From positions 17,422,001 through 17,486,000 of the forward strand of contig OX597816.1 in the NCBI GenBank assembly GCA_951406725.2: 64,000 nucleotides of DNA. Direction: 5' to 3'. The notes under the pieces were generated by a model, which searched no databases, was not told the DNA's origin, and saw only the letters and a list, made by a program, of their open reading frames with translations. Source of the DNA: Octopus vulgaris (Eukaryota). Below, in pieces: positions 56,716 to 64,000 of the stretch; the stretch's first letter is position 1; every line of letters starts with the position of its first letter. The position numbers were made by a program, and so were the translations under genes.

Positions 56716-56882
56716 ATATATACGATGGGCTTGCCGTCTCCGTTTACCAATTCCACTCACAAGCATTGGTCGGCCCGAGGCTATAGTAGAAGGCACTTGC
56801 CCAAAGTGCCTCGCAGTGGGACTGAACCCGGAACCATGTGGTTGGTAAGCAAGCTAATTACCACACAGCCTCTGCTGCGCCT
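56287..56882. mobile_element. Abutting inverted SINE-A pair (plus 56287-56622, minus 56623-56882)
   Basis: Two heads at the outer ends in opposite orientation. Confidence 0.85.
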
Positions 56883-57951
56883 ATATGATCTTTCGAAAAG
56901 TCCCAAATGGGGCTCGCTGAAAAGAAGCATATTTATCCTTTTCTATTGCTTTTATCCTTTCAGGGTCGATAAATTAAATACTAATTGCGTACTGGAGTCG
57001 ATCTAATGGACTGGCCCCTTCCCCCAAAATTTCGGGCCATGTGCCTAGAGTAGAAAATGATATAGATGGGAAATGCACACAAAAAAAAAAAAAAACGTTT
57101 TCAAAACAGTCAATATATTTGTAGTTCAAAAGTTGCGATTTATAACATAAAATGTACTCTAGAATTAGCCAGAGCTAATAACCTGTTCTACTCTAGGCAC
57201 ATGGCCAGATTTTTGTTTTGGGAGAAGGGGGCCAGTCGATGAGCTCGACCGCAGTGCACAACTGGTACTTAACCAGAGCTAATAATGACAAACTTTTACT
57301 AAATATTGTTAAACACACCTCTGCAAATGCATTGTACATAAGAAATTCACTTCAAATACAACAAACAACCGGCATGGAGCCGACGGCAGGCAATGAGTTA
57401 AGACAATCAGAATATCGGATTACTTTGTCATAAAACTTGGCTGCTATTTCTAGCATGTTGATTACCATGTACAGGTTCTCTCGTTTCCTTGTATGGATAG
57501 AATGGGTGTTCCCAATAAGTAAAAAAGTACGAAAGCGATATTAAAGGATGACATATAACGACATTTTGTTTGTTCTGTCACAGAATCATATTTTGCTGAA
57601 GGCTTTATATACACAGGGAACTATATTTGCCGCGAACTATTTCTATTCATTCAACTCGATAGACTCGTAAACTTTATCAATTAAAACAACTCATTTATAT
57701 AGCTGTGCGAAACCTCAGAAGAAAACCATTACTCCACCTTTAAAAGCATTATAAATTTATAGGTATGGTTAATAGCTTTTAAAATAGAAGGAAATATATT
57801 TTGTTATCTAAATACAAATTTTGCAGGTTTCTCATTTTACACGAAAGCTAAAGCATAAAACAAAAGTATAACAAACAAAAAACAACTACAAAACAATAAC
57901 AATATAAATCCGCATAAAATGCTACACTATTTGTTTTGCCTGTTAGTATCT

Positions 57952-58039
<88 letters not shown>

Positions 58040-58065
58040 CATATATATACATATATATATATATA

Positions 58066-58113
<48 letters not shown>

Positions 58114-58116
58114 CAT

Positions 58117-58185
<69 letters not shown>

Positions 58186-58604
58186 TACATATATACACAT
58201 ACATATATATGTATATATGTATATATATATATATGCATATGCGTGTGGGTGTTTTATCCTAAAGATAAAGCACATTTTCCCAAGCAACAAAATTCATATA
58301 TTAGAATATTAAAAATATTTGTTGGCCTTATTCAAACATGTTTCCATACAGACATGCATGCATACATGCGTACATACATCCATATGTACATACATACATA
58401 CATACATACATACATACATACATAGATACATACATACATACATACATACATACATACATACATACATACATACATACATACATACATACATACACACACA
58501 CACATATATATGTAGGGAGAATTCACAAAAAAACAAAAGACGAAGACAGGTGGTGTGGACAACAAACAGATGTATTAGTTTAACGCTCGGGAAGTGAAAA
58601 AAGT

Positions 58605-58640
58605 CTTTAACGTTTCGAGCCTACGCTCTTCCACAGAAAG
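58605..58640 (-). ncRNA. Hammerhead-like motif, all stems intact, CTGTGGA core
   Basis: Minus strand: cttt CTGTGGA a gagc-gtag-gctc GAAA cg TT aaag. Confidence 0.6.
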
Positions 58641-58759
58641 GAACACAGAAAGAAACAGGGAGAGAAAATAAAAAAAATGTGTAGTGGCTAGCGATCTATC
58701 ATGGCGATATATACATACATAGATAGATACATACATACATATATACACACATATAGAAT

Positions 58760-59323
58760 CAGGGTGCGATGGGTAAATTCTCGCCATTTTATACTTTTAA
58801 TTTCGCACATTGTTTTGATGTTGTCGACAACACAGTAAAGTAGGGTCAGTTGGGCAACGTCTGTGACAAAAACAGCGCCGTGACGCAATTCACTCAGCCG
58901 GAAATTTGGAAATGACATGCTGTACTGTTTGGCATCCACATCAGAAGCTCCAATACGAACATTTCAGAGTGTTTGGATATCAATCTATGGACATATACCA
59001 AGAGTGATAAAAACCAAGTCTCGAGTCAACATGGTGTTTGGAGTGATCACTAGTGATGGCGACGTTATGCCTCCATTCATCTTCTCACACGGCCTCAGAC
59101 TCAACACGGTGACCTACACCAAATGCTTGGAGGAGGTAGTGCTTCCCTGGGTTAAGATGGTGGCTGTTGGAAGACCCCATGTCTGGCAACAGGACTCTGC
59201 AGGAGAATCCAGTTATATCTGTCAAGACAGTTTCTGCGACCACATCAGCCCAAACATCTGGTCGCCTAACACCCCAGACTGCAACTCCCTTGATTATTAT
59301 GTGTGGGGCGCAGTTGAGAGAGA
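58760..59323 (+). pseudogene. Tc1/mariner-superfamily (maT/DD37D-like) deleted element
   Basis: cagggtg start; MVFGVITSDGDVMPPFIF, VWQQDSA and WSPNTPDCNSLDYYVWG. Confidence 0.8.
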
Positions 59324-60156
59324 GAAATAAATCCACTGATCACAAAAAATACTGCTTATATCTCTCTGAGATATTTAGAAATGTAATATTTCTATTTTTT
59401 TGTGATCAGTGGATTTATTTCACTGGAATTATATATGTTTACAAGGTCTAGACAATCATCTGCAGCTAGCAGACCACGCTACTCCAGATTGATGACGAGC
59501 AAGACCCAGATGCAGGCTTAGCTGGATGGGGGTGTTTGTCTCCCCTTTGTAAACATAAGGACACAGGAAATATGTCAAGGCTGACAGGAAGTGTTGATGT
59601 TTCCTAGGGCTAAATAGCGGCGGTTAGATTTCCTTTATGGGACTGTCACGTTAAGTTGACAGTATACAACTGCTCTATCTTCCACCACTGCTTATATCTC
59701 CCTGAGATATTTAGAAATGTAATATTTCTATTTTATATATGTATATATGTTTACTATATGAATATATAAATGTAAGATCCAAGGATATATATGCGTGTTT
59801 ATGCATATACTATAATATGCTTGTAGCTGTGTTTGTCCCCCGCCACCATTGTGACAACGTATGTTGGTTTGTTTACGAACCTGTAACTTAACAGTTCAAA
59901 GAGAGAGACCGATAGAATAAGTATCAGGTTTAAAAAAAAACTATAAACACTGAGCTTGATTTGTTTGACTAAAATTCTTCAAAGTGGTGCACCAGCGTGG
60001 CCGAAACCTAATGACTGAAACAAGTAAAAGACAAACGGTATATATGTGTATATATACACATACACACAGACACACCCAGACGCGCGCGCGCATACCTTCA
60101 TACAATGAAATGTGAACTAGACATTGAATACGTTGAATGTTATATAGTAATTTAAA

Positions 60157-60837
60157 GGCGTAGGAGTGGCTGCGTGGTAAGTAGCTTGCTTACCAACCAC
60201 ATGGTTCCTGGTTCAGTCCCACTGCGTAACACCTTGGGCAAGTGTCTTCTAGTGGATTTGGTAGACGGAAACTGAAAGAAGCCTGTCGTATATATGTATA
60301 TATATATGTGTCAACATCGCTTGACAACCAATGCTCGTGTGTTTACGTCCCTGTAACTTAGTGGTTTGGCAAAAGAGACCGATAGAATAAATACTAGGCT
60401 TACAAAGAATAAGTCCTGTGGTCTATTTGCTCGACTAAAGGCGGTGCCCCAGCATGGCCACAGTCAAATGACGAAACAAGTAAAAGAGTAGAAGAGTCAC
60501 AAACCACCCCAGTCCTTCAGAGTTTTTCATTTCCGTTCTCCTCACTTTGGACGATTATGAAATATGGAACATTATGAAATGATTTTATAAGAAAGAAAAG
60601 ACGTTATTCGAATATTTAAATACTCTTTTCTCTTTTTCTCTTTTACTTGTTTCAGTCATTTTGACTGCGGCCATGCTGGAGCACCGCCTTAAATCGAGCA
60701 ACTCGACCCCAGGACTTATTCTTTGTAAGCCCAGTACTTATTCTATCGGTCTCTTTTGCCGAACCGCTAAGTGACGGGGACATGAACACACCAGCATCGG
60801 TTGTCAAGCAATGCTAGGGGGACAAACAGACACACAA

Positions 60838-60876
<39 letters not shown>

Positions 60877-61041
60877 CACATATATACGACGGGCTTCTTT
60901 CAGTTTCCGTCTACCAAATCCACTCACAAGGCTTTGGTCGGCCCGAGGCTATAGTAGAAGACACTTGCCCAAGGTGCCACGCAGTGGGACTGAACCCGGA
61001 ACCATGTGGTTGGTAAGCAAGCTACTTACCACACAGCCACA
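60157..61041. mobile_element. Convergent inverted SINE-A pair (plus 60157-60497, minus 60623-61041)
   Basis: Tails face each other across ~125 bp. Confidence 0.88.
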
Positions 61042-61706
61042 TGAATCTATATAATATTTTTTTTAATGAAAAATAAATTTTTAAAACCGTAAAAGTTACA
61101 CTCGTTGCATATGAATGAGCGAGCTGAAAGGTAAGTACGAATAAAGGAATATAAAAGAAGGAATAAAGCAAATGCTACAGAAGAAAGGAAGCATGGGATT
61201 AAAAGAATGAAAGAATAAAACACAATAGAAGAACGACAAGGAAAAGGGGTGGAAAATATATAAAACGCAAAGAGAAAGAAAATGAGCATGAGTGTTTACG
61301 CGTGTGTGTATGCTTATATTTGTGTGTGAATACGTGTTCGTGTGCGTGTTTGTGTTTGTATCTAAGATAATCTAACGCTTCAAAGGGAAACAGGAAAATA
61401 TAGTCCATGGATGTCTTCCGAACTATGATTAAATTTCATCTATGAGAATTGCTGCACTTTGTGCAATGTTTAATTTAGTTTAAGTTATTTACTTTTGGTT
61501 GTGTCATACTGATGACTTCTAATAAGAATGAAATGGCGTTACATGATTACTTGTAGCTAGAAATTTTATGATCATTGTAATGAGTAAGCAAAAGAAAAGT
61601 TAATTATGTGTATCCCATGCATCTTTTTCCTTGTTCCTCGATTTAAAATTTGAACTCGTAACCACTTTAAGTATTATCTAGAAATGATTATTTCTCTTAC
61701 GCTAGT

Positions 61707-61725
61707 TGGCCACCAGGGGACACTA
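61707..61725 (+). promoter_or_regulatory. CTCF-like motif
   Basis: tggccaccaggggacacta matches TGGCCACCAGGGGGCGCTA at 17 of 19 positions, in AT-rich unique DNA. Confidence 0.35.
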
Positions 61726-62097
61726 TGTGAAATATTTGAGATTTTCTATATAAAGAAACTAAAATGGTGGCAAAGAATGGCTTCGAAAGTTCCGTAAATT
61801 CGAGGAAGAAATCACATATCCACCTCTTTGGAATAGATAATTACAAGGTATGTAGAAGGGTCTTTTGCATAACACTTGTGAGTCTTGAAATGAATAGAAA
61901 AACACCTCACTGAAATGCAGCTTTCAACGTAAGTTAAAACGGAAGAATCCTTGTGTATACGGAGCAATTTGTTTTAAATTAATTTAATTTTAAACGTTGA
62001 GTGTGCTTTGTCTGAATATTTGAAAGCATAGATATGCCGTTAAAATCGTGACTCGAAACTGTTTTTTTTTTTGGATAATACGGTGTAAAACTTAAAT

Positions 62098-62510
62098 GGG
62101 ATCTTTTCAGTTTGAACGGCAGTTTTTTCTAGGTGTGTCATATGAAATTGTCACCCATAATTATGACCCTAGTATCGATCTATTGCATTTCAATCTGTTT
62201 TAGGGTTAGGAGTTGGGGTAAGGGTATCTTTTTTTCTTCACAAATGTAAATAAATCCAATCTGCTTCTTAAACGAGGGACATATTCATACGGCACATAAT
62301 GTTTTTTTACCTCAATAGACGTCAGTGATTGGTTGAAATTGCAGAAACTGAAGAAAAAAACAACAAATATCTTACAAACTATAGAATTTTCTCAATCAAG
62401 CTAAGAGAAAAAGATGTTTTATAATCACATTCTACCAGTATACGAAGTTTAAAATTTTTTAGTTACCTAGAAATTATGTTAAAAGCTGCCGTTCAAACCG
62501 AAAAGATCCC
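62098..62510. mobile_element. MITE / non-autonomous DNA transposon, ~29-bp TIRs, 6-bp TSD
   Basis: gggatcttttcagtttgaacggcag ... ctgccgttcaaaccgaaaagatccc; ttaaat on both flanks. Confidence 0.9.
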
Positions 62511-63343
62511 TTAAATGTAGTGTTATTGTCTAGACGTACCTTAGTGTAATAAAGAAAATACTTTCAAAAGGCAATAGCCATGGAGATGATAATTATGTAA
62601 ATCAATGCAATTCTATGCTGACAAACAGACAAAACATTTGGTTTTGTAGAACTATTTTGAAATGAAATGCTTAACTAAATGCTTCAACTAAAAATATCAC
62701 GGCCTTTGGGATTCGTCAGAAAATGAACCGAAATTAAATTTGAAATTCTTCGGAAATGTTTTGTTTTGCATTCAAAATAAAGGCTGTGTTATACCAGACA
62801 TATTTCTTGGTTTACCCACACACTTTTTGACATTGCAACAATTAGTATTTTGAATTTTATATGAAAAGCGGTTATTGCGGAGTTTAGACTGCATCCAAAG
62901 AGAGACTATTAAATAAATTAAGTGAAATAAAATTACTCATCATAGAAACTATCAAGTTTTTGGTACAAAGACGTACACCGTCTCCTCTTTATATTTGTTC
63001 TACAGATAATTTAACGGCCACTATATTTCTGGAGTAGGCTGGTTTGTGTTATTTCTCGTCAGTCACTTTCGACACACACGTATATCGTCTGCCCATCATC
63101 CAAGCTGCGTTCAACCCCTCTAAGTCCCACGCTAAATATTACAGCTCCCTCTACTTAACAACAGCTGTTTTCTGGAATTTTAACACTGCTCACGACTTTT
63201 GCTGCAGGTTCGAACTAATAGCAATTTAAGCGGCATGTTGAAAAACAGCAGTTTCACCGGCCTCCGAGGGAAATTATTTCTACAGACCCAGTAAATGAAA
63301 TTATGAATGCTCATATTTGCGAGTGTCAGAAGCCGTAGTTTCT

Positions 63344-63944
63344 TATTTCTTTATTGACCAAAAGGGGCTAAACATAGAGGGGACAAACAAGGTCAGACAA
63401 ACGGATTAAGTCGATTATATCGACCCCAGTGCGTAACTGCTACTTATTTAATCGACCCCGAAAGGATGAAAGGCAAAGTCGACCTCGGCGGAATTTGAAC
63501 TCAGAACGTAAAGACAGACGAAATACCTATTTCTTTACTACCCACAAGGGGCTAATCGCAGAGAGGACAAATAAGGACAGACAAACGGATTAAGTCGATT
63601 ATATCGACCCCAGTGCGTAACTGGTACTTATTTAATCGACCCCGAAAGAATGAAAGGCAAAGTCGTCCTCGGCGGAATTTAAACTCTGAACATAGCGACG
63701 GGCGAAATACCTATTTCTTTACTACCCCACAAGGGACTAAACGCAGAACGAACAAACAAGGACAGGCAAACGGATTAAGTCGATTATATCGACCCCAGTG
63801 CGTAACTGGTACTTAATTTATCGACCCCCGAAAGGATGAAAGGCAAAGTCGACATCGACGGAATTTAAACTCAGAACGTAACGGCAGACGAAATACCGCT
63901 ACGCATTTCACCTCGCGTGTTAACGTTTCTGCTAGCTCGCCGCC
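63344..63944 (-). mobile_element. SINE-B trimer (head + 3 x 184 nt) with ~22-bp TSD
   Basis: tatttc unit boundaries at 63344, 63528 and 63712; agtgtcagaagccgtagtttct versus agtgcgagaagctgtagtttct. Confidence 0.9.
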
Positions 63945-64000
63945 ATAAGTGCGAGAAGCTGTAGTTTCTGTAAACATCTCATTAGATGAGACATTTTTAT

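Noticed and set aside
63005-63295. Acceptor-like tacag and peptide MLKNSSFTGLRGKLFL, reminiscent of ANF-receptor-type domains
   Set aside because: All frames after the acceptor hit stops; similarity too short to support

Overview
AT-rich, microsatellite-saturated eukaryotic non-coding DNA. The SINE families and the (TA)n/(TACA)n/(CAT)n/(AAT)n load point to an octopus (coleoid cephalopod) genome; this is an inference. No intact host gene can be supported, and almost all ORFs in the track are microsatellite or SINE read-through. The window holds many copies of at least four SINE-like families, a young 5'-truncated CR1-group LINE, two R4/Dong-like fossils, four Tc1/mariner fossils, a TIR MITE, Helitron-like relics, SINE-derived tandem arrays and several fold-back palindromes. 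The main hidden signal is about 16 type-I hammerhead-ribozyme motifs from several unrelated short repeat families, mostly sitting in or next to microsatellites (Penelope pseudo-LTR or retrozyme-like). Three have a canonical core, and two families share a non-canonical CCGAYGA core. A second signal is a SINE that inserted as head+(184-nt unit)n concatemers flanked by long target-site duplications. There is also an old inverted duplication carrying a (GAT)n tract. All alignments and folds were done by eye.
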